Below are positions 29,904 through 41,673 of a stretch of 64,000 bases of DNA, piece after piece. The stretch spans positions 1-64,000 of the forward strand of contig JBEUKZ010000110.1 of the NCBI GenBank assembly GCA_048128005.1, given 5' to 3'. Each line of letters opens with the position of its first letter. Position 1 is the first letter of the stretch. The translations under genes were made by a program, and so were the position numbers. The notes below the pieces were generated by a model. The model worked only from the letters and a program-made list of their open reading frames with translations, was not told the origin of the DNA and ran no database searches. The DNA is from Veleropilina oligotropha (Eukaryota).

Positions 29904-30100
29904 TGCGAACAGTAGTGGGTTCAATACCTGGCTGAGGCATTGAAAATTGTTCAAGTTATGAATCACAGTTGTCCGTGACTGGCCGAATAGGGCGGGTTTA
30001 CCCGGGCGACCGGGGTTTCCTCCCGCGATAACACGGACATGTCCTGCCTTGAACCTCGATGTTGTAAATATCCAGGACATTAAGCATCATTCCTCCCTCC
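29904..30100 (+). mobile_element. Same SINE family, 5'-truncated, with TSD
   Basis: 15-bp TSD AGTTCTTTACTCTAA at 29889-29903 and 30101-30115. Confidence 0.82.
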
Positions 30101-30464
30101 AGTTCTTTACTCTAACCTTTATTCCCAAAATAAAAACATGCTTTGCCATGCAATGTAAATCTGACTTAATTGAAGTCGACTATTGAATTTTCAACCTCTA
30201 CCGCTTTGAGAAATTTGATACTAACATTTAAGTTTCAGATTTGAATATGCTGTAGCATAGACCAATAGCTAATTAACGATTAAATAAAGGACACATAAAT
30301 AAATCAAAGTGATCATAGAGATACAATTGATGAACCGATATCTTGGGACCTTTCTTGTGAGTGGGTCACATTTCAAATAATCTGACCTATGTCTGTCCTT
30401 TCTGGAGGCTGAGTGAGAAAATGATTTGCTTCTGATTCAGTCACATTGACTCCACTGCACTGCA

Positions 30465-30728
30465 GGCCGCTTCGGCAGCGCAGTGGGTAGAGTGTTCACT
30501 CTAAAATTCACTGTGCTTGATTCCGCTAATGCGAACAGTAGTGGGTTCAATACCTGTCTGAGGCATTGACATTTGTTCAAGTTATGAATCACAGTTGTCC
30601 GTGACTGGCCGAAGAGGGCGGGTTTACCCGGGCGACCGGGGTTTCCTCCAGCGATAACACGGACATGTCCTGCCTTGAACCTTGATGTTGTAAATATACA
30701 GGACATTAAGCATCATTCCTCCTCCTCC
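30465..30728 (+). mobile_element. tRNA-derived SINE, V-domain-like core
   Basis: A-box/B-box-like head (GCAGCGCAGTGG, GGTTCAATACC), core GGGTTTACCCGGGCGACCGGGGTTTCCTCC, (CCT)n tail; older relatives near 15545-15790 and 22970-23165. Confidence 0.75.
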
Positions 30729-32244
30729 ACACTGAGCTGCATGAGAGGTTCGGGTTGTCAGATGGAAAACTTAAGATAATTGGGCAGGTAGCTACCACAG
30801 TTATTAATAACTGGCAGAGGCAGGTGAGTTTCACTTAATAATCTGGGATAATCTCACACAATAATTTTATGGTCTTCCTGTCTAAATATAGCAATTAAAA
30901 TTGAACAATAAACACAAATAAAAAATATGTGACCTTATGTTTTGGAAATATATCGGATAGATTTGCACAAATTTGTCGTTAATAGATCACTGGTGGTGGT
31001 GGTGTGATGGAGTTTTAGGCCCGTGTCCACCTCATCAGCGTTTTAGCAGGCCAGTTCCTACAGGAACCACCAGTGACAAAAATAGATGTGCACAGCAACA
31101 GTGTTATGCAAGAAATACATCTCACACAAGTGCGACACTGTCACGTGCCTTATGCCAGTATGCATAAATCGGCTGTCCCTGAGCACTAATGGAAAAATAC
31201 AATTTAATGAACAAACAATGTTGTCATGTAGTAACTTTAAAAATCACAGGCAAAAAAAGGTCTCTATGGCTGAAAATATCCATTAACTACGTCCCACGTC
31301 TATTCAGAGTGTGATAACTTAATTATTACAGATATCAATAACTTTGGTAGATGTAACAGATTGCAAAATCCAAGAAAATAATTTCATGTTAGCATAAGAC
31401 ACAATCATACAAATAGCACCACAATTTATTGCGGATATAACATTATGCCGTTCTTTAATTAAAAGCAAATAAATAAGCAATTATACACAGCATCTGATAT
31501 TAAATATAACATATAAATTGAAATATTTAGTGTTTATACATTACAATAAATATAAGGTAACATCATTTAGAACAAAATATAGTATAAATTGTTACAATAT
31601 GGTAAAAAATATAACAAATACTTAATATTTATCCTGCAAGTAATACATATAAATATAACTTAACTTTTGTTTTATGTAATACGTTAAACCGTCATATAAA
31701 ATAATGTCAAATATGAAAATTAACAAAAGTGTAATATAAATTCATGAATTATGCTCTTTAACGGACATGGTATCATTGCTTTATATAACAAAATCAAGGT
31801 GATACTAAAATGCTTCTAATACTTTGGTATTGTGGTACAAGTGGTAAGATTACATTCAAACAGTCGTATAATTGAAATATCCTTAATGTAATTTTACATT
31901 ACATGTAATATTGTGCACAAATTTTGTAGCCGTCAACCGCGATGTCCATACAAATTAACCACCGTGTTTAATGTCAATCTATTTATACTTCATTAGTTTA
32001 TGTTAAATATCACCTAATACACGTACTTATAACTGTAATCTCACTCTGTGTCACCCAATGGGAGATAACACTAGTATCTCTTAAAATACTCCAAAATTGA
32101 ATTTCAAGCTTTCCACTGTCGTCCAGTTTCCTGAATGAGTTGTTTTCAATGAAAAATATGTAATGACATAACATAATACTGTCGAATTGTCTCCCATGGT
32201 CGTTGTTGCCAGTCCAGCCTGGTGGATTCTATCATTATAGTAAT

Positions 32245-32393
32245 CTATAGTTGAAGCTCTGGATGAATGTTAGTAAGTATAAAACAGGCAACATCTTTGT
32301 TGGTCCAGTACGACGTGTGTGATGTCAACATAGAGATGTAGCTGTTTTCGAAGTTACTCTCCTTTAGTTGGTAGTCCAGACGATACTCGAGAT
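32245..32393 (-). CDS. DDHD1: DDHD1-like terminal coding exon
   Basis: (D)LEYRLDYQLKESNFENSYISMLTSHTSYWTNKDVACFILTNIHPELQL-TAG; supplies the last D, H and D residues of the DDHD motif. Confidence 0.92.
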
Positions 32394-32480
32394 CTAAAAT
32401 AAGAACGTATAGCCAATTAGTAACAGATCCTATCTATTTAGATAAATATTACTGAAAGCTTGTACAATTGCATAAACTAA

Positions 32481-33556
32481 TTTATCATATATCCGGGTCA
32501 TTTTACATAGAAACAAAGTGTTTAATAAAAACGATAATACACGTGTAACTTATGGCTTTCTGTGTAATTTTGATTGGATAATTTAATCAATGGGACTGAA
32601 CAGCCAATTGTAGAACGGGTCACAAAAGGTCATTGCGAGAATTGAGGCCTTCTTTCAATACTACGATTTTTACTATGAACGTGGTTATTGCAGTGTTGCA
32701 GGAATAGTACTCGTATGTGCAACTAACGATCAATATTTAGTAAAACTATTAGGTGCAGATATCCAGGTAAGATCGTTTAACTCCCGATTATCATAGCATG
32801 CAATACTCAATGTAGTAGTTTCCAATTTACTTTCCGTTATGCAGTCTGTTGGTGTACATTTCATTCACAGCAATCATAGCAGCCATATTTCCGTCGGTTC
32901 GACTTCATTTTATATGGAAACTAACATATTAACGTTGAATTTTTAAAAAATTATTCTGAAATCGTGTTTTATAATTGTTAACATATACAAAGTCGACAAA
33001 TTTTTTCTGATTCTGATGTTTTATAATGTAAGTTAACAAAATTTTGTCGTGAAGCAAACGACAAATAGTTTCAATGTCCACAACGTTAATGAATTCGACA
33101 TACAAGCTTCATGCGTGCCACGCATTTAATGTTCTTTGAATAGAGCTTGCTGGATTAGTATAATATTGATAAAGGGACATTAGTTCTTTTCATAACAGCA
33201 TTTGTTGCTCTTTATAGTATATAGAGTCGGTAAGAACAGGGATTATTTTTCACACCTATTGCTACATTTCCATGACGTCAACAATCACAAATATCACCTT
33301 CCATTACTATGCTGCATAATTATGTTAGAACGCATCAACAAAATTAAAAGCAACGTTGTACAGCTTGTTTCTTTATAAATTTAAGATATATGATAAATAG
33401 AATCGCACATTCGTCATCATTTAATATCACATTTATGAAACTCGTTATCTAATTTTCATATTTTCCTCAGTGAAACCTCGGAAAATATGAAAATAAATTA
33501 GTTAACTCGTTTCATAAATCTGATATTAAATGACCACTCATGTAAGATCGACTCTA
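32481..33556 (+). mobile_element. Non-autonomous hairpin-ended element, family 1
   Basis: Begins TTTATCATATATCCGGGTCATT; GATATATGATAAA precedes the hairpin at about 33400-33556. Confidence 0.8.
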
Positions 33557-34582
33557 AAATACATATATAGTAGGAAATATAGTAGTTAACGTTTGGATTG
33601 ATGCTTTAATACTGTCAACTGAGAAAATCCTCCCACTAATCAGATATGGACAATAATAATATAATAATAAATTTTTATTTATTGAGGGAGTCTCAACAGT
33701 TAGAAATACAGTTACCAATCTTCCCTGAGTCCCTCCTATTTTCTAACATTAGAATTAATAAAAATGTACATATTTTACAGAACAGCATCAGAAGTGATCT
33801 ACTTACAATATATCATGAAAAACAAGTCTCATACCAAAAATAATTAGCGCCTTCTCAAGTTCTGGTATCCATGGACATTATATGTTGTTTCATTAGTCGT
33901 TTGAAACAAGCTACATCTTTTCATTTTGGCACAGATGTGGAAGGTCCAAATTTGAATGTTAATTTAACAAAGTGCCCAGCCCAAAATTCGAACCTGCACA
34001 TGTTAAGAGTAGCGGTCAAGCGAGTGAATTGGTAGCACACTCTTATCTACTCCACTCCTGAGGGACTCACATGGACAACAAGAAATCATTTCAAACAATA
34101 AATTCTGAGAAATTAAAGTGACTATTGTCCGTAATAATGCCATTTTCGTGAATGTGTAGCATGACTGAACAGTATTTAAAATTAAGCGAACGCACATATC
34201 ACACAGATTGATACAAATTTCGCGAAGATATGATCACTATAATTATGATCAAATGATTTAATTTTATTGAAATTATTATTGTAACTGGGCAATATATATT
34301 ATGATTGTAAAATAGAAAGCTATCTGACTTGATGAGCAGAAACCTATGCAACTGTGCTCAAACTAGGCCAATTGGAAATGTCACTCGGTGAGAGGTAATT
34401 AAAAGCGGACTGCTTTTATTATTTATAAATTTTCATTAGCGATTTATTTCAACGGCAGCAAATTACTGACGAAAGTTAGTGTTGAAAATTCCTAACTTTT
34501 TATGCTATAAACAAAACGTGTAATGCAGTTAGTTTTATTTTCAAAGAAAAAAGTGTGCATTTACGGGCAATAGTCCATTTAA

Positions 34583-35525
34583 ATATGAAAATTAGTTTAC
34601 GAGTTTCATAAATGTGATATTAAATGACCACGAATGTGAGATTGTTGTTATCATATATCTGAAAGTTATAAGGAAACAAGCTGTACAATGTTGCTTTTAA
34701 TTTTGTTGACCCCTTCTAACATACCACAATTATGCGGCGTAGTAATATTGCAGAAGGTGAAATTTGTAAATGTTAGTGGCATTGGATGTGAAAAATAATC
34801 CCGTTTTTATCCACTCTATAAACTATAAAGAGCAACAAATGCTGTTATGAAAAGAACAAATGTCGCTTTATCAGTATTATACTAATCCAACAAGTTCTAT
34901 TCAAAGAACATGAAATGCATGTCGCACGTGACTAATGTCTGTTGATTTTGCTTTATCGTATAAGAGGTCGGCACGAAGGTACGATTGCTTACATATAAAG
35001 CATCAGAACAATACAAAATGGTCGGCTTTGTATATGTTAACAATTATAAACACGTTTCCAGAATAATTTTGCAAAAATGCAACGTTAATATGTTAATTTT
35101 GATCTAAATAAGTTCGAATCGACGCCAATATGGCGGTATAATGACTGAAATGTACATGTACAGATTGCATAGCAGAAACTAAATTGCAACCTTTTGTATG
35201 CTATGACTATTGGAAGTTAAACGATCTTACCTGGATGGCTGCACATAATATTTCAGCTAAATATTGGTCATTAGTTGCAGTATTTTCCCTTGACCCTGGC
35301 CAAATTTTTCTGACCGATTAAATCGCATATCGCATGGTAGAAAATAGTCCGATACACTGTTAATGACCTTGTATGACCCGCTCTGTCATTGGATGTTATT
35401 CTGTTTCATTGATAAAATTGTCCAATCAAAATTACAAGAAAGTCGATATTACACACTTAAAGTATGTAATATTGTTTTTAATAAACACTTTGACCTTATG
35501 CAAAATGACCCGGATATATGATAAA
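34583..35525 (-). mobile_element. Family 1 element with only one hairpin arm left
   Basis: Close copy of about 21056-22001; its far end lies 5 nt from the Crypton hairpin. Confidence 0.8.
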
Positions 35526-35530
35526 TATAG

Positions 35531-37548
35531 AATACTACACTGGTTGTCGATAGATACCATTTTTACGTGACGAGTATATGTCTGACGGTAGCTAAACGAG
35601 CGAAAGCGAGTTTAGATACCGTCAGACATATACGAGTCACGTAAAAATGGTATCTATCGACAACCAGTGTAGTATTTTATTTATTACTCACGATATTTAT
35701 GTTGAAATACTTGTTTTATTATCGTATTTCTGCATATAAATCCGAACATTGTCCCCAACAACATTTGCGTAGGAATTGCCTCTTCACCGATGTGATAAAA
35801 TCCTTGAGCATTAATATAGGTCGTTCTTATAGCCTAACAACGTTAAAAATTAAAAATAACAAAACGTCTTGTAACAATCAATAAGATATTTAACTAAATA
35901 TTTGTAAATGGCTATTATTATTTATATTTATATACAGAGATTTCAAAATAGCGTCAAATTTCCATATTGCATCACGTGTTCTTAATAAATATCGTCACTG
36001 ATCATTGTTTTGTCTAGGGCGCATTGGGCTCGATGCTCCGTTGATGTTGACGTTAATGGTGCAATTAGAAATCAGTGCGGAAAAAATAGATCTTAAGAAA
36101 TTCCATCGACTAGATTGTGAATTTATGGAGCGGGACAGTGAATTGGAAGTTCGAGACATTTATCGAGGGTGGAGCTGCTGGCTGAGGAACGTGCGAACTG
36201 ATGATATTGCTAAGTTGACCAGGCGCGACTTTCGAATTTGTTGCCAGATAAAACGGTGTATCGGCAGAACGAAAATCTACCGGCCTTAATGTGGCATACA
36301 GCTTATAAATGAATACCGGACATCGTTCGTCGCCCAAGCACGAGGAGGAACATCACGGACATTCCTGGTATCACCAACTGTGCGTGTTTTCGTTTGGCGC
36401 TCGTTATATTCGAGGAATTCTCTCCCGCCTACGAAACATCGCCCCATTTCATCATATGGTGTGGTTTAACACTTCGAGGCCAAAGTGACGGGTGTTATTC
36501 CACCACAGAGTATTTATGATGGATTCGGGGTTGTTGCAACCCAGTTCATTGCCGTTATACAATTTCTGGATTTCGTCACAGGATAAACTTTCAGCCCTAT
36601 TTGGTAAGTTTCCGAACCCTTGACTTTTAAGTGCTTTTTGTTTTGATGACAAAACATCCCGAAGCCGTGAAAACTCTGTCCCGCAGTAATGACTTTTCGT
36701 ACCCTCTGTGTTTTAAAAACCGATCAAAACTTTATATCTTTGATGTTAGTGATGAGGGTTCATATTCTTGACCATTTGCTTTCTTTATTGACATGAAGTA
36801 ATTACATAGGATGTCGCACAGTTCATTTGGCGATATAGTTGCTACTGGTCTATTGTCGCCTTTTAGTATCATGAATTTGGCCAAAATATTAGAATCTTAC
36901 TGTGTCTTTCGCAATGTATTTTTATTTCTGTTTTCTTGAATAAACCTGTTAATGTTCGAACGGTTGTACTCGTAATCATAAGTTGTGGCAGTTGCAGATT
37001 TTGTATTAGTTTCGTCAAAAAAATCGTCACGAAACGTCATCGTAAACTTAGGCTGGTAGATCGATGATCGATCCAGAGGTTGGGGGTGGCGTTATTGACT
37101 GGTTGAACTACTGACATAACTCGTCCACGCACTTTCCCGTCAATTTTCACGCAATCATTAACACAGATAATTGATATAGATGTCTCCATCTTGACTCTAA
37201 GCAGACGACGCATCAAAATTTATTTTATATTTTGTCATAATTATTATTTGTAAATACTATTTTATTGTATGCTTACTTTCATTTATTTTACCAATGTTTG
37301 TAGTTATTTTAATTATACTTTGAAGTTTCGTTGCTTTATAAGATGTCGTTCCGACGGCAGTCGTGAGACATTTGCTTGATAGTAAAAGTTGTAACATTTA
37401 TCAATGAAACAAGTAGTCCCGTGACCTTACATCAGCAGATTGCTATTGTCCAATCAAAATTGAGGGTTGGAGGTCATTTGTTTATCCAACACCCGTAAGA
37501 TACGAGATTTTTATGAGATAGCGATATCTTCAACACCCGAGTAATAAA
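35531..37548 (-). mobile_element. Decayed Crypton-like (DUF3504 tyrosine recombinase) DNA element with terminal hairpin
   Basis: Hairpin 35531-35676; inverted repeat TTTATTACTC (35680-35689) / GAGTAATAAA (37539-37548); internal YR pseudogene. Confidence 0.8.
36040..36960 (-). pseudogene. Crypton/DUF3504-family (KCTD1/ZMYM/QRICH1-related) tyrosine recombinase remnant
   Basis: Manual translation through stops and frameshifts: FIQENRNKNTLRKTQ*D...FMSIKKANGQEYEPSSL...SFDRFL...KQKALKSQGFGNLPNRAESL...LGCNNPESIINTLWWNNTRHFGL/R...MKWGDV...EFLEYNERQTKTR...ERCPVFIYKLYATLRP...TPFYL...SNCTINVNI. The HxxR/Y half appears deleted. Confidence 0.8.
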
Positions 37549-37615
37549 ATAACATATCAGGAAACATAAATAGATTACATAATACTTTCAGGATGACAAG
37601 GGAGATAACTCTCAC

Positions 37616-37762
37616 CTGTGTGATCAACATGGTCTATAACGATTGGTTGCTTGGCTGTTCCCTCATTTGTCTGTTTCATAACTTGTTCCATATTCTGTAG
37701 AACCTTCAACTCAGCTGACATATTGTCACTAGACTTCTTATTGAACAGTGAAAACATACCAG
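37616..37762 (-). CDS. DDHD1: DDHD1-like exon
   Basis: (S)GMFSLFNKKSSDNMSAELKVLQ...HVDHT; phase 1/1, TTTTCAG acceptor, GTGAGA donor. Confidence 0.78.
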
Positions 37763-38131
37763 CTGAAAATATAATGAACATGGTGAATCTGTTTTACTTA
37801 ACATAATACAAATATTTTTGTCTAACAGTGATCCATGAAAATTTTATTCAGATTCTTCATATTTCAAAATATGCCAAAGTAAATTGCAAATTGAACATAC
37901 CGTAACAAAAGACAGTACATTTTACTAGAGAGGTCAATACGAATTAATCAGAAATATTTGATTTGATATGAATAGGTTTAATAGTTTTACACCCACATCA
38001 TAACAATATTTCAGTCATGTTGTAGTCTGGACCACCAGTTTAACATTACTATCAATACTAAACCAAGTAAAAGACAGACCAAACACAACCCCTGTCTATC
38101 ATTTTTGGAAGAGTAAATGGTTGATACTTAC

Positions 38132-38372
38132 AAAAGGAAAATTTTTGCTGTGATGTGTCTGCAGCCTGTGTCCCATCTAGGCTATCAAAGGAGCTTTTTT
38201 CGGAAAGGTTTATTTTTTCGCTTAAGGAATCAGATGATGCCCCTATAACGCCGGAGAAGGCTTTTGGCTTTATTTTATTGTAAGGTACTTTCTTCGGTGA
38301 CTCAGAGCGATGAATCTGAACCGGCAATATCGTGGAGTAGTGCTTAAGAATCAAGGGTTCCAGTCTGTAAGC
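38132..38372 (-). CDS. DDHD1: DDHD1-like exon
   Basis: AYRLEPLILKHYSTILPVQIH...KFSF; donor GTAAGT. Confidence 0.9.
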
Positions 38373-38869
38373 CTGTGAACAAAAAATTGGAAATTTACAC
38401 ATCTATTCATATTCAAATAATGAAGAACAAGAATGAATGGATAGAAGACCAACATTCTCAATCATACCGAAAATACATATAAATATAACTTAAGTTTGAG
38501 TTTTCTGATAACATACAAACAAAACAAGGATGAATTTATGCTAATAGCGACAACATCAACATTTTTAATCAGTCCAACACATACATGTACATTCGCATTG
38601 AGATTTGGACACCTTAGGGCAATAATCCAGCACTTGTAATGTGAAAGTATTTCAGTTACAGAATTGTTGCCCTATAGCGTCAGAGAGTGTAGTTACAGGT
38701 TTGTTGCCCTCATGCGTCAAATTATATTTACGACCAAATTCCATTGAATGCAGAGATTCTCATGTCTGAATCCAAAAAGTGTGTGAATGCTGCAGAGAAA
38801 ACTGATCGATTGTAGAGAGAAATTAAATCGGAGGTCCTGACAAAAATACACCTGAAAAAAACTGCTTAC

Positions 38870-39019
38870 CACTGGATCCGCAGGATGATATATATTGAAG
38901 AGCCTTTTACAGAGATGAACAGGCAGAATGTTTTCTATGGTACCCTTTCCTTCGGGGCGAGTACCACGAAGAGCAAGAAAAACGGCAAGAGGCGAACCCA
39001 GGCAAAAGAAGCTGTCAAT
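38870..39019 (-). CDS. DDHD1: DDHD1-like exon (DDHD domain start)
   Basis: IDSFFCLGSPLAVFLALRGTRP...CKRLFNIYHPADPV; 150 nt, canonical sites. Confidence 0.93.
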
Positions 39020-39906
39020 CTGCAATGCATAGTACATATCTCAATTAAATCAGAGGATGAATTTTTAATGTAAAATGCATATAATAGATAACACTCGGCT
39101 AAATTAAAATAATGAATTAGGGCTGTTCCATATAAAGAAAAAATTATATGGGGGGGGGGGGGGGGGGGGGGTTGAAGGCAGTCTATATATTTTTCCATGG
39201 GTTGTTGTCTATTGCCAATTTCTAATTCTATAGGTTATTGTAATTTTAACAAATTCAATTCTATAGGTTGTTGTGTTTTTCACTGTCATAGCTAAATAAC
39301 ATGTCTTTAATATGCAAGCCACATCGATATATCTATCATATAATGACTGAAACTCGATAATATATTAATAATCTCTGGTCCGCCATTATGAAGGCAATAT
39401 CAGAGGTCAAATGTCAACATGATATCCACGGACTTTACAGATAATGTTTGAACAAACAAGGATTCCCGATTCCACTTGTTGACTGCTTTCTGAATATACC
39501 AGAAACAGCTGCACATCTATTAGTTATGACTGTAATCTCTCGGTGGGCAGAATAGTCTCTCCTAGTATGTAATCTTATAACTGAAATCTATTTCTCTCGC
39601 TCTGTATAAAGGCATTGGGGGGGAAAGCATGAATGTCTCCCCTGGTATAAATACAATGATCTCTCTCTCAGTGTGTAACACAGCAGGCGAGCAGGGTTGT
39701 CTCCCATAGGGTTTCTTATTCTTCAGTGTCTAGTCACACACATACATATTATTATAAAATATAAGCCAAGTTACAAATTATTGTGACACAGAGTGTATAT
39801 AATAGTATTTAAACTATTGTTGTGACGTCATCCTATTGTCTTGGTAGTCAATTATTTTTAAGAATGGATCACTTTGAGCGGCGGAGGCCAATATGTTCAC
39901 AATGGA

Positions 39907-40163
39907 GGGAGGAATGATGCTTAATATCCTGTATATTTACAACATCGAGGTTCAAGGCAGGTCATGCCCGTGTTATCGCGGGAGGAAACCCCGGTCGCCC
40001 GGGTAAACCCGCCCTCTTCGGCCAGTCACAGAAACTGTGATTCATAACTTGAACAAATGTCAATGCCTCAGCCAGGTATTGAACCCACTACTGTTCGCAT
40101 TAGCGGAATCAAGCCAGTGAATTTAGAGTGGACACTCTTACCCACTGTGCTGCCGAAGCGGCC
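39907..40163 (-). mobile_element. Same SINE family, full length, with TSD
   Basis: 13-bp TSD TGTTCACAATGGA at 39894-39906 and 40166-40178. Confidence 0.82.
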
Positions 40164-41673
40164 TGTGTTCACAATGGAACAATGACGCGATCCAATATGT
40201 TGACAATGGATAGCAATGACGCAATTAAGAGGCAAACAGCAATTTTGCTCCATCATATGCCAATAAATGGTATTTTTTACAATCCAGGTAAATGAAGAAA
40301 TGCTTCAAATTCTGTGAAATACATTCACATGTGTAATATATCCAGAATGTTATAATCCAACTTAAATCGACAACATTGGTAGATTTGATGTGGCAGCACT
40401 CGTATAAATATCCGAATTGTTTGCGATAAAGTTCTGTCGATGTGTTCACGTTGCTGCCTGCCTTTCAACTGCCCACTGAACTATGTAGATGAAATGAGGA
40501 TTAAGAGTAATCCCTTGTATCTATAATAATATACTTACGTCCTTACTAATGCCATAATAAGCCTATTATCGCTAAATCCGGACAAGGTGGAAATGGTAAT
40601 TTCGCACTTTTTAGTAAATTGAACCCAGCTGACCCAGTGACCTGCTCGACCTCCTCCAGTTCATGTCTATTAAGAGCTCGCCAACTCCCGCGAGATCCTC
40701 GTGACCCAAGGGTCAAGACCTCATCCGAAGTTTCTGCAAACCCCAAGACAAAGAACTTATATAAGAGGGGAGGTGCGAAGCAGGGTGGGCCAAGTGGGTA
40801 AGGACGTAAGTATATTATTATAGATACAAGGGATTACTCTTAATCCTCATATCTATATCAAATATACTTACGTCCTTACTAATGCCAAGAATAACTTTGG
40901 TTGGCGGAGTTATAAGTTCCATACACCAAAATTAAAACTTACTTGTTACCAGAAGACGACGCTTTAGCGTTGAGATCGAGTCCGTTCAGAGTGGATTTTA
41001 CTGAGCATCAAATCTACCCTTACCCCGAGGTGAGATTTCGACCAAGAAATCTGGGAAAACACGCCAGGGATGTTAGTCGGACAGGTAACACGGAAGTGCA
41101 TGTAGCTCCGGACACCGGCGGAAGGTATACCTTGAGGCACTCGTGTCATGAGCAAAGACAGTGATCTGAATATTCCGGACTCAAAGGTCGGCAGACAGAA
41201 AACTGCAAGACGTGGTTTTTAGAAGCACCCGAACCTAGGCAGGTAGATAGTGTTATAAAACCGTGACAATTATCAATAGATTGAAGAAAATTTCAATAAC
41301 TTCATCTTGAATAATAAATTTTTGCATGTCTAACTTGCAAAATGTCAACATGATACATGTTACTTAAATAATTTTAAGTAGAGAATAATATTAAAATTTC
41401 CCAATGTACGCACATTGAAATGTTCTGCGACAGCAAAGAGAACATTTTAAGAAATAATATTATTTACAAAAAACATCTTTAAGCTTTAATAATATAAATG
41501 TCTACATCCAATGTGGGCATTGCTTCATATTAACTCAGTATGAATAAATAATTTCAATTTCTTAATCAGTTTAAGAAAGAAATACATTGGAGTAAATTCT
41601 AATGGTGATTTCAATGTACACAAATAGAATTACATTATATTACCTCAGTGTCTGGTAAAATTCCTAAAACCAA

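Noticed and set aside
30465..30555. tRNA gene
   Set aside because: No convincing cloverleaf; it continues into a dispersed body, with TSDs in other copies, so it is a SINE head.
28400..32244. Long DDHD1 3' UTR
   Set aside because: Plausible from AT richness, but the poly(A) site cannot be fixed without transcripts.
33660..34110. Possible LINE 3' fragment on the minus strand
   Set aside because: Tail-like sequence only; no recognisable protein motif to support a call.
36040..36960. Host ZMYM/KCTD1/QRICH1 gene nested in the DDHD1 intron
   Set aside because: Intronless, multiple stops and frameshifts, and bounded by element-like ends.
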